From Naegleria gruberi (Eukaryota): DNA of 64,000 nt. Made by a program: the position numbers and the translations under genes. The stretch lies in assembly GCA_000004985.1 (NCBI GenBank), contig GG738849.1; one strand, written 5' to 3'. The notes beneath the pieces were generated by a model. The model was not told the DNA's origin. It did no database searches and saw only the letters and a list, made by a program, of their open reading frames with translations. Below are positions 44,918 to 54,869 of the stretch, one piece after another (position 1 is the first letter of the stretch; every line of letters starts with the position of its first letter).

Positions 44918-46402
44918 ATGTTCAATTCTTTCCAAGCTGGCACTCAACAAGGCAGGGCTACTGCTTCAACTCAAGGAAACTTCCAAGTCGCTGATTTGCA
45001 ACAATATCTTCAAGAGAAACGTGTCGAAGATTTGTTTGTTAGCTTGATGCAAGCAATATGTCTGGAACGTCCTGCAAATGTTGTTACCTTCCTCCAACAA
45101 AAGTTACAACAAATTGAAGGATTTGCTTCCGGTGGTAGTGTTATACAACAACAACCAACTTTAATACAACCACAATCACAACAACAACCAATTCAACAAA
45201 CACAACAACCAAAACAAACTGCTAAATCTCCTACTACACAACCTCCTCAAGCTAAGTCTTCAATTTCTTTTGAAAATACTACAGCACAAATTCCACCAGC
45301 TAAAAATCCATCTCCATTCAGTTGGGCTAGTGGTAGTACTGCTTTGGAAGAATCTCGTCCAGTTGAAAAACCAACACCAAAGGAAAGTTCTCAAGGTGTC
45401 CGATTCCAAACATCATCATCAGAACCTGAAGGAATTGATTGGAACGAAAGCGAAAATCGTAGAAGAAGATATTCAATTTCCGTACCAAGAAGAAGAGGTG
45501 TTAGTAGTGAATCTTTAAGTGATTCTAAACCACTCACTGCTGAAGATTTACCTGTGCACAAAAAGACTCCAGATGAAATTCAAAAGCTTAAAGAAGCCCT
45601 TTCATCAAATGCTCTTTTCATGTCTTTGGAAACTGAAGATTTAAAGGTTATTCTCGATGCCATGTTTGAAGTTTCTGCAAAACAAGGTGATAATATTATT
45701 CGTCAAGGTGATGAACAAGGTGATTTATTCTATGTTCTTTACAGTGGTGAATGTGAAGCAATCAAAAAGACTGGCAATGAAGAAAAAGTTGTTAAGGAAT
45801 ATCAAGCAGGTGATGCATTTGGTGAATTAGCTCTTATTTATGGTACACCAAGAGCTGCTACTGTTCGTGCCAAGTCTGATTGTAAACTCTATGCTATTAA
45901 TCGTATTACATTCCGTCGTATTGTTATGATGAATACCAAACGTAAACGTGAAATGTATGAAGACTTTTTGAAACGTGTTCCGCTTTTGGAGACTTTGACT
46001 GACTATGAAAGAATGACTGTTGCTGATGCTCTAGTTCAAGAAACCTATAATCCAGAATCTGATAAGGGACGTTATATTATTAAGCAAGGTGATCGAGGTG
46101 ATGCTTTCTATATTGTTATTGAAGGTGAAGTTGCTGTCAAGAAGAGACTCAATCCTTCTGATGAGTCATCTGAAGAAATTGAATTGACAAGACTTAGCGT
46201 TGGTGATTACTTTGGTGAAATTGCCTTATTAACTGATCAACCTCGTCAAGCTAGTGTTGTCATTCCAGATGATGTTGAAGAAACTGTTAAATTTGTCAAG
46301 CTTAATAGAAAAGATTTCAAGAATCTTCTCGGACCTTGTGAAGAGATCTTGAAGAGAAATATGAGACTTTACAATCAATATGTTACTGCTTCTCAAATAT
46401 AA
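44918..46402 (+). CDS. cAMP-dependent protein kinase regulatory subunit, type-II-like, with an N-terminal RIIa dimerisation/docking domain
   Basis: RIIa-like LQQYLQEKRVEDLFVSLMQAICLERPANVVTFLQQKL. Q/P-rich linker. Pseudosubstrate RRRGVSSES. Two cNMP-binding domains with FGELALIYGTPRAATVRA and FGEIALLTDQPRQASVV. aaaaaaaATG at 44918. Confidence 0.9.
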   Translation: MFNSFQAGTQQGRATASTQGNFQVADLQQYLQEKRVEDLFVSLMQAICLERPANVVTFLQQKLQQIEGFASGGSVIQQQPTLIQPQSQQQPIQQTQQPKQTAKSPTTQPPQAKSSISFENTTAQIPPAKNPSPFSWASGSTALEESRPVEKPTPKESSQGVRFQTSSSEPEGIDWNESENRRRRYSISVPRRRGVSSESLSDSKPLTAEDLPVHKKTPDEIQKLKEALSSNALFMSLETEDLKVILDAMFEVSAKQGDNIIRQGDEQGDLFYVLYSGECEAIKKTGNEEKVVKEYQAGDAFGELALIYGTPRAATVRAKSDCKLYAINRITFRRIVMMNTKRKREMYEDFLKRVPLLETLTDYERMTVADALVQETYNPESDKGRYIIKQGDRGDAFYIVIEGEVAVKKRLNPSDESSEEIELTRLSVGDYFGEIALLTDQPRQASVVIPDDVEETVKFVKLNRKDFKNLLGPCEEILKRNMRLYNQYVTASQI

Positions 46403-46593
46403 GAATATTCTTTGGATAACAATTTTTAACTACATTCTAACTGCTCAACAAAACACATGTAAACTTAATGTAAAAAATAGCTAAGTAAACAACTAAAAAC
46501 ATCTCTGATTCTTTTCAAATATTTCAAAATAATATCAACAACGTCATCACTCCCCAACCTGTGTATTGTAGCAAGCAAAAATAAAAATTAAAA

Positions 46594-48480
46594 ATGAGTC
46601 AACTGAATGATGATGCTTCACCAGTGATGCACTCATCACAAAGTAGTTCTTCTGTTGGAGACCCTGAATTGGGTCAACCTACCAGTAGAAGCACAAGTGT
46701 TGCAACATCTACATCTACACAAAAACGAGGTGTGCAAACTTTTGTTGAAAACCAATCTTTTAATGCTTCTATTACGGAACCGGTTGGTAATTATACAAAA
46801 ACAACAAAAAGTTCAACCTCCAACCTGGCATCCTTCCTCAGAAGAAATAGAAAATTAATAGGATTTATAGTATTATTATTTATTTGCTTTTTGGTGTTTT
46901 TGTTTGTGAAATTTGATATTTTACATTTCTCTCCTGATAAACAAGTTGAATCGGAGCATATCGATTTAATAGATCCTCTTGACGATACGGCATCTGTAGA
47001 TAGAGATGACCATACAATAATTCCTTCATCCAAACCATCTTGGAAGAGGCCAGAATTAATGACCATCGACGATTACCAAAGTGATTTTATGAGTGACAGT
47101 GCAAACGAAAAAAGAAAGGCTGTAAGAGATGCATTCATTCACGCATTCAAAGGATATGAAAATGTTTGGGGAAAGGATGAATATAAACCAATCAGCAAGA
47201 GTTTCCACAATTGGATTCAAAATTCTAATGGTTTTGGTATGACACTGATTGATTCACTTGATACAATGGTTATCATGGGTTTGAAACAACAATATGAAAA
47301 ATCATTGAATTATATTAAGAATGACATGCCTTCATTTTCAACAATTAATGGTGGAATTAGTGTTTTTGAAACAACTATTCGTGTTGTTGGAGGTTTTGTG
47401 AGTGCGTATGATTTGACAAAGGAAAAGATCTTCCTCGAAAAAGCCAAAGATATGGCTGACAGATTACTTCCTGCCTTCTCTTCGCCAACTGGTATTCCAT
47501 ATTCGGAAATTAACTTGAGAACTGGTGAGAAGAAAACTTTCGCCTGGGCTGGTAATTGTTGTCCTCTCAGTGAGTTTGGTACTCTTCAATTGGAATTCAG
47601 AAGATTGAGTGAATTGACTGGTGATGAAAAATATAACAAATTAGTTACTAAGATTATGGATGTCATGTTTAAGAATAAGCCAGCCAATGCCTTGTATCCA
47701 ATCAAATTCCATCCTGATAATGGAAATTGGTGCTCCAATCATGTCTCATTGGGTGCTTTGGGTGATTCATTCTATGAATATTTATTGAAACAATGGTTGT
47801 TGAATAGAGGAACAAAGGGTGCTGAGAGGTATCGTGAACTCTATTTGGAAACTGTTAAAGGAATATTTGATCACATGGTTATCAAATCCAATCAAGGCTA
47901 TACCTATGTTGCTGAGTACAATGGCTCTCCATTCCACAAGGTTGACCATTTGGCATGTTTTGCAGCTGGTATGTTTGCATTGGGTGGTTATTTCAATATT
48001 TCCACTCCTGAATCCCCAATCTCAAATAAGCGTCAAATTGAAGTTGGTGCTGAATTCACAAGAACATGTTATGAAACTTATGCTCAAATGCCTTCAGGAA
48101 TTGGACCAGAAACTTTCCACTTTGATCCATCAAGTGGAAGATTCAGGCCTGGTGTCTCTACTTATTTATTAAGACCAGAAACAGTTGAAAGTATTTTCAT
48201 CATGTACAGAGTTACTGGTGATGAAAAGTACAGAGAATGGGGATGGAAGATTTTCCAAGCAATTGAATCAAAATGCAAAATTGCTTCTGGTGGTTACAGT
48301 GGCTTGCACAATGTAGGTGTTGCTAACCCTACTCAAGATGATTTCCAACAATCATTCTTCTTGGCTGAAACATTGAAATATCTCTATTTATTATTCTCTC
48401 CAAAACATATCATTCCAATTGACAAGTTTGTTTTCAATACTGAAGCTCACCCAATTCGTGTTACTCCAACCAATCATTAA
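46594..48480 (+). CDS. Glycoside hydrolase family 47 alpha-1,2-mannosidase, paralog B (type II membrane protein)
   Basis: 628 aa with transmembrane segment IGFIVLLFICFLVFLFVKF and a GH47 catalytic domain. The last 41 aa are identical to paralog A, with long 100 percent nucleotide tracts against the reverse complement of 19874-21271. Confidence 0.9.
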   Translation: MSQLNDDASPVMHSSQSSSSVGDPELGQPTSRSTSVATSTSTQKRGVQTFVENQSFNASITEPVGNYTKTTKSSTSNLASFLRRNRKLIGFIVLLFICFLVFLFVKFDILHFSPDKQVESEHIDLIDPLDDTASVDRDDHTIIPSSKPSWKRPELMTIDDYQSDFMSDSANEKRKAVRDAFIHAFKGYENVWGKDEYKPISKSFHNWIQNSNGFGMTLIDSLDTMVIMGLKQQYEKSLNYIKNDMPSFSTINGGISVFETTIRVVGGFVSAYDLTKEKIFLEKAKDMADRLLPAFSSPTGIPYSEINLRTGEKKTFAWAGNCCPLSEFGTLQLEFRRLSELTGDEKYNKLVTKIMDVMFKNKPANALYPIKFHPDNGNWCSNHVSLGALGDSFYEYLLKQWLLNRGTKGAERYRELYLETVKGIFDHMVIKSNQGYTYVAEYNGSPFHKVDHLACFAAGMFALGGYFNISTPESPISNKRQIEVGAEFTRTCYETYAQMPSGIGPETFHFDPSSGRFRPGVSTYLLRPETVESIFIMYRVTGDEKYREWGWKIFQAIESKCKIASGGYSGLHNVGVANPTQDDFQQSFFLAETLKYLYLLFSPKHIIPIDKFVFNTEAHPIRVTPTNH

Positions 48481-48505
48481 ATTTATACTTCCTTCTATTA
48501 TTTAA
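47081..48505. repeat. Inverted segmental duplication, arm B
   Basis: See arm A. Identity begins at gattttatgagtgacagtgcaaacgaaaaaagaaaggctgtaagagatgc and extends just past the stop codon (cttccttctattat is shared). Confidence 0.8.
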
Positions 48506-48853
48506 TTTCTTACTCTAAAGATATTATTTCCTTCTTACTGATACGTGCAATCATCATTGAATTAGAACATCATGAGGAAGTGAATGGTAATCTTCTCTCA
48601 CTGTTACACAGGCAGGAACAAATCAATGTCCAAAGTTCCTCCTTCGTTCTTCCCACATTAAAAAAAAGTTCAAGAGTTCAGTCTTCATCCAACAAAGAGA
48701 GAAGACACATTGTTTTTGCTAAAACAACATTCGCGACATCATATTTTCAATCCTTTAAAGTAGAGATTGACTTTATTATTGTGTGGATCGGAAATCTTGT
48801 CTATCAATTTAGATCATCATCATCATATGGAATTATCATTAAATTAATTAAAC

Positions 48854-51800
48854 ATGAAATCAAATAGTTCGGATGACTCTCCCACAACAGCAATTGCATC
48901 AAATATAATGGAATCAGTCAGACAACATCCTTCCATATCCCTAACTACAAGTAACAATGGTGGTATTCAAAATCAATTATCAACCTCGTTAACGAACAAT
49001 AATTCTAACACTTTATCTCCACTTAAGAGAAATAATATGTTTTGTAGCACTGCTTTCGAAAGTAGTGGATCGGGTGATGGTGATTTATTTGACTTTGAGT
49101 TAAGATCATCAAAGATGAAATCAACAACATCAACCCCAACAACACCTGTAACTTCGAATGTATGTTTTTAAAGATGATGATCATTATTAACGTTTTTAAT
49201 ATGCTTTCTAGACAAGGAACAATATGAACTTTCCAATTAGTAGCAGCACCAATCCAATTATTAATAATCAACAAGTAGATGTTACAATTGATCATCAACC
49301 AAACAAAGAAGCAAAAGATGAATCTGATTATGGTGTTAACATATCTGATACATCATCAACAATGACTTCTTTGGAACCATTAGGAGCAATCATTTTTGAA
49401 CAAAATTCAATTGAGGAACTGAGTTTTGAAGGAAAACAATTAAATGATGAAACCTTTCTGAGGGGTGTTACATTGAATATCGACAAGGGAGTCATTATTA
49501 ATTTACAAAATCAATTACAAAATCATTTACAACAGTATTCTTTGAACACAGCAAGACCTATTGCAGCAGATGAGTAAGTTTAATTTCAAAATTAATTTCA
49601 AAACTAATTTCAAAAGCCCTCAACAATATCATCTCAGAGCTTTACAGAATGTAAAGGAATTGAATCTGTCTGAAAATCAATTATACAGATTTCCTTTCAG
49701 TCTATTCTTCCTCAATTTACCGTCATCACTTTTATCATTAGGAAGCCCTCAACATAGGAAGAATAATGACTTATTACTTCCAAATATTACAAAATTGGAT
49801 ATTTCTCGAAATATTCTCAAAGTGTCAAGAATAGAATCAATTTTAAAGAAACAAAAGAATTTTGAAAAGATTCTGGAAAAGGAAAGAAAGGAATATTTGA
49901 AAGGAGAATCTAGTTCATCACATCGTAAAGTCTCATTGTCATTATTTAAAAATCAGGAAAATAAGGATTCTAATCTATCTGAGGAAGATCATAGGTCTTA
50001 CAGATATGAAAGTCTGAAGGAACTCAAGATGAACTTTAATCAGCTGAAAGTATATCCTCTCTTTGTTCACACTTTCTTCCCAAGACTGGCCAAATTAGAT
50101 TTAAGTTTCAATCATTTGAATTCTGAGAGTATTGAACTTTCTGAGAATAGAAACTCTAAAAGCTTACAAACCATGTTCGAAAAGGAGAGAGGAGTCAAGC
50201 AAAAAAAGTTGGGACTTTTCAATAGAAAGAATCAACACAACAATGATAATAGTCCTCCAAACTTTCTTTCTGTTCACTCTGGTTCTGATGTTGAGACAAG
50301 TCCTGTTGTCAGCAATATACCTACAAACGAAATATGGTCACCAAATACATCGGCAAATGTAGATGAAAAAATTTTCACAAAATCCCACAGTAATCCTATT
50401 AATCCTAACACTCGATTTTTTGAGGCTGGAACTTCAGATCCCTCATTAACAGAGTTAGATTTGTCTAGTAATTTGTTCAAAAATTTCCCCATTTCTCTCA
50501 AGCTTAGGAATTTGAGAATTTTAAAACTCAATAAGAATGTGCAAATGAATCCTATGGCTGAGAAATCGAATATTGGTGATGTGTCAAAGAAGGAAATGAA
50601 ATTGTTGGCTGAAAGTTCAGAAAAGGGCTTTGATTTTGATTCAGACCTTCATAGAGTATGCAAAGACAATTTACCTAATCTGGAATATTTGGAAATGGTT
50701 GATTGCAAATTTGTTACATTCCCTTCCAATATCTTGTGTATAGAACCATTGAAAACCTTGATTTTTGATAAGAATCCATTTGGTGCTGGAAGTTTGCAAC
50801 ACAGAAGTCAGCAAATCGTGCAAAAGGTTAAAATATTATCAAAAGACAAGAATACATCACCAAATATTCTCGAAAAAATCAGTGATGACAGCGATATTAA
50901 CGATTCCTTATTGAGAGGATTCCCAGATCTTACTCAAATTGGATCCAAGTTTAGTATTGGTCTTACAAAATTGTCTGTAAATAGTTGTAGATTGAACCTA
51001 GAGCAAGATTTACCTAGAATTCTCAAATTTTTACCTACACTCAAGTGCCTTAAAGCAAGTAATAACTTATTCAAGGGAAAGATTGATTCTACTTTTGAAG
51101 TTTATTCAAATATTGAAGATTTGGACCTTTCTAATAACTACCTCCAAGGTTTTTCCTTCAATATTTTCCCAAATGCCAAGTTAATTAATTTGGAAAACAA
51201 TAAGATTTGTGAGGAAATAACATGGATTCCTAATTCTATTATCTCCTTCAACTTGCAAAATAACCTATTCTCTGGAGATTTAGAAAAGATTATTTCTAAA
51301 TGTACAGGCCTAGAGGAATTAATTGTTTCTAAAAACAATTTTACATCACTTCCACTAATTGATAATTTCCCATTGTTGAGAAGTTATAAGGTTTCTGAAA
51401 ATAAGATCAGTCTCTCACAATTCCCATTATTGGCCAGTAATAATTTCGACATGAATAACTTGGAAGCAGTTGAAATTGCAAACCATGGCATTCTAGATAT
51501 TCCTTCCGAGTTCTTTACTAGATGTTCCAATGTCAGCGTTCTTGACTTGTCCAGTAATTTTATCAGAAGTATTCCTAGCGAAATAGCAAGACTCACAAAA
51601 TTGACTCACCTCTACTTGAAGTATAACGAAATCTCTGATTTGGTCGAGGAAAGTTTTATGACATTGGCAAGTCTTAAATATATTGAAGCAAAGCAAAATT
51701 CAAAGAGGGTATCCCAACTCATAGAATCAGATAGTAACTTGCATAAATGGCTTGTTGACCACTCGATTGATATTTCAGAGAATAGTTTTAAAGAGCCTGA

Positions 51801-52320
51801 CCTCATTGAACCAACCTTATATCTAGGATGTAAACAATCCTCCTCTCATTACTCTACCTTAAAGAATATTGGTATTACTCACATTTTAACAATAGCAAGT
51901 GAATTCAATCCAAGATTTCATGACAGAGAGTACTCATCACTGCCAGATTTTACAGAAAAATTATCTTTCATAGAATCAAGTCACGAGTTTGTCACAAAAC
52001 ATGTGAAAATGAAGGAAACTCAGAATACAGATCTAATTGCTACTTTTGAAGAATGCTTACCTTTCATTGAAGAGGGTACAGATCAGTCTCAAGGTCCCAG
52101 AAAGATTCTCATTCACTGTCATGTTGGTATCAATAGAAGTGCCAGTATTGTGATAATGTATTTGATGAAGAAGAATCAATGGACTCTCAATGAAAGTTTA
52201 AAATTTGTAAGAGACAAGAGACCTATAGTTCTTCCAATGCCCGAGTTTGTTAAACAATTGAAACAGTACAATATCCAATTGAGAAAGGAAAGAAAAAAGG
52301 ATTCTGGGGTTGGTTTTTGA
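48854..52320 (+). CDS. Leucine-rich-repeat protein with a C-terminal dual-specificity phosphatase domain (Dictyostelium MPL-type MAP kinase phosphatase architecture); three exons (48854..49159, 49212..49573, 49617 or 49638..52320)
   Basis: S/T/N-rich N-terminus. More than 15 LRRs (LQNVKELNLSENQLYRFP, LAKLDLSFNHL, LTELDLSSNLFKNFP, ...). DSP active site ILIHCHVGINRSASIVIMYLMK. Intron 1 is 49160-49211 (52 nt, GTATGT..TTATTAAC..TCTAG). Intron 2 starts with GTAAGT at 49574 and ends at AAG 49616 (43 nt) or CAG 49637 (64 nt); both are in frame. Confidence 0.8.
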
Positions 52321-52612
52321 ATGTTGAGTTCTTGTGAATTATCCAAAGGTTATTTATCAAATAAATAATATGAGATGACTAAAAGTTAACGAGTTCTATA
52401 AAAATCATTGAAATTATTTTCAAATTTGGTGAGAAATAGAATTTTTAGTATCTAAAACATTTGGTGATTTTGTTAAATTACAAAACTGAAATATCAAATT
52501 AGTTTCCTTATTCGATTTCTATTTCAGTAAATCATTCCCCTGTATTTTTTATAATTAAACAGATTTACTCAACTATTAACTTTATTCCAATTTAATTATA
52601 TTACATGTAAAA

Positions 52613-53080
52613 TTATTTAACCTTGGGAGCAATGAAATATCCAGCCTTAACATCCAAAGTATTTCCTTGAATTAAATTCTTTCTTCTTGCTATAGATTCA
52701 GCTTCTGATGTATTCGTTGTCGGAATGTCCTCTCTCCATCTATTATTTCTCTCCTTATAAAATTGCATTGGTGAATACATTGGAATTGTCTCGGAAGGTA
52801 CTTTTGCTTGTTGTAAAATATCCAAACAAAGTACAATATTATTTACATCCTTTGTTAGTTTTTCCAATTGATTTTCCTCTTTAATTGAAACTCTAGATAA
52901 GAGACAAAGTTTGTTGATTTGTTCCTTTGAAATGATTGAATTTTTTGTCGACAGTGCCGAGTCATCATTTACTCTCATCAATTGTGCTATTGAAAAACAA
53001 CTCTCTGGCATGGATCCGCTAGCTTTAAGTTGACTCAGTGTTTTTCCTCTCAAATGTGTTAATACTCTACTTGCAGACAT
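52613..53080 (-). CDS. GatC-like protein (subunit C of the mitochondrial Glu-tRNA(Gln) amidotransferase), tentative
   Basis: 155 aa with a GatC-type helical region (INKLCLLSRVSIKEENQLEKLTKDVNNIVLCLDIL) and a C-terminal YFIAPK motif (compare human GATC EEYFVAPPG). Confidence 0.5.
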   Translation of the reverse strand: MSASRVLTHLRGKTLSQLKASGSMPESCFSIAQLMRVNDDSALSTKNSIISKEQINKLCLLSRVSIKEENQLEKLTKDVNNIVLCLDILQQAKVPSETIPMYSPMQFYKERNNRWREDIPTTNTSEAESIARRKNLIQGNTLDVKAGYFIAPKVK

Positions 53081-53126
53081 TTTTTATATTTCTTACTAAT
53101 ATTTAAATAATATTCAATATATAAAA

Positions 53127-54586
53127 ATGTCAATACATTCAGAAACCAAATCACCATCATCATCATCGGAACATTCGGCACCATCTTCAATTAAAAACTC
53201 GAATGAATTAACTATTAAACAAGAAGGAAATGTTAAAAAATCATTCATCTTGGGATTTTTAATTAGAATGATTGTAATATTATATAGTATTTGGCATGAT
53301 AGTACATGTATGTTGTTTTGATTTGATACTAGTAATATATAATAGAATTATTTGTTAATTTCTTCAGTCGAGGTTAAATATACAGATGTGGATTACCAAG
53401 TATTTTCCGATGCAGCACAATTTGTTGTGGAGGGAGAATCACCATTCAAAAGAGGAACCTACAGGTATACACCACTCTTGTATGTGTTTTTAAAAATCAT
53501 TCATCATTAGAGTATTTTAATTATTATCAAATTTATAATAGGAGTTTCATGATGATTCCAAATATTTTGATTCATCCAATATTTGGAAAATTAATATTTT
53601 GTGCTGTGGATTTACTTGTTTCTTGGATTGTTTTTCAATTACTAAATTCGAATTTTCACAGATTTTATTCGAAAAATAATAGTGGAAATAATTTTAGTCT
53701 CCTCCTTACTAATTGTACAATTTTATTCAATCCAATTCTGATTAATGTATCTACGAGAGGAAATGCAGATCAATGTATTGTATTACTAGTTCTATTATCA
53801 TTATATGCTCTTGATAAGAAAAGATTACTCGAATCGAGTATATGGTTTGGTCTGGCTGTGCATTTCAAAATTTATCCAATCATTTACTTGCCAACCATTC
53901 TAATTTATTTATGGTATAGTGTTGACTATTTAATGTCAATTAAGGAAAAAATCAAAGCTTGTGTGTTATATTGTTTAATAAGTGGAACTGTATGCCTCTC
54001 TCTCATTGGAATATTTTACTTTATTTATGGATTTGAGTTTTTATACGAATCTTATTTATATCATGCAGTGAGAAGTGATAATAGACATAATTTTTCAATT
54101 TACTTTTATTATCTCTATTTGGGAGGAGCTAATGGAGCTGATAAGGGTTCAAGATTGATTTCACTTCTTGCCTTCTTACCTCAATTTATTTCACTCTTGG
54201 CTCTCTCATGGAAAACCAATAGGAAGAATCTCTTCAATACCATATTTACACAGACATTCCTATTTGTAATGTTCAATAAGGTGTGCACAGTTCAGTATTT
54301 TGTATGGTACATTTCATTATTTGGATTTACTTTACAAGCATTTTTCTATGAGAGAATGAATCGTGAAACACGCTCCAAATCCTTGACTATCCTTATTTTG
54401 TGTATTGTATTTTGGTTTATTGGACAAGGTGTTTGGTTATCAAATGCTTATAGATTGGAATTTTTAGGAGAAAACTCCTTCTTTTCAATCTGGTTGAGTG
54501 GTCTTTTCTTTTTCATTATTAATGCCTGCATTGCCATTGTATTTAGACCAGTCAATGAAAAGATCCATAATAATAAAACAGATTAG
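53127..54586 (+). CDS. GPI mannosyltransferase I (PIG-M / Gpi14); three exons (53127..53307, 53368..53464, 53542..54586)
   Basis: The spliced product contains [31 protein letters not shown]|[25 protein letters not shown] (compare human [64 protein letters not shown]), [17 protein letters not shown], and the C-terminal [13 protein letters not shown]...[18 protein letters not shown]. Intron 1 runs GTATGT (53308) or GTACAT (53302) to TTCAG 53367. Intron 2 is 53465-53541 (GTATAC..AATAG). Confidence 0.85.
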
Positions 54587-54869
54587 CATTGTTGTATGCT
54601 GAACAAATAAACACTCTATGTTGTCGACAAGGTTGAAATGCAAAATCGAATTGCTATTGCCATTCACAAAGCAAAATGAAACCTCTTTATGTTACTCAGT
54701 CCAAACAAATCATTGCAAAGGCTTTTTTTAAAAAATATGAAAACATTGTAGCGCGGATCGTTTAAACAAGCAATTAAAGTACCTCATCTCAACTCTCTAC
54801 CAACAATAATCAAAATAGCATTGAAAAGAGGAGCGTTTGCAGCAAAACAATATTACATTTGAAATTTAA

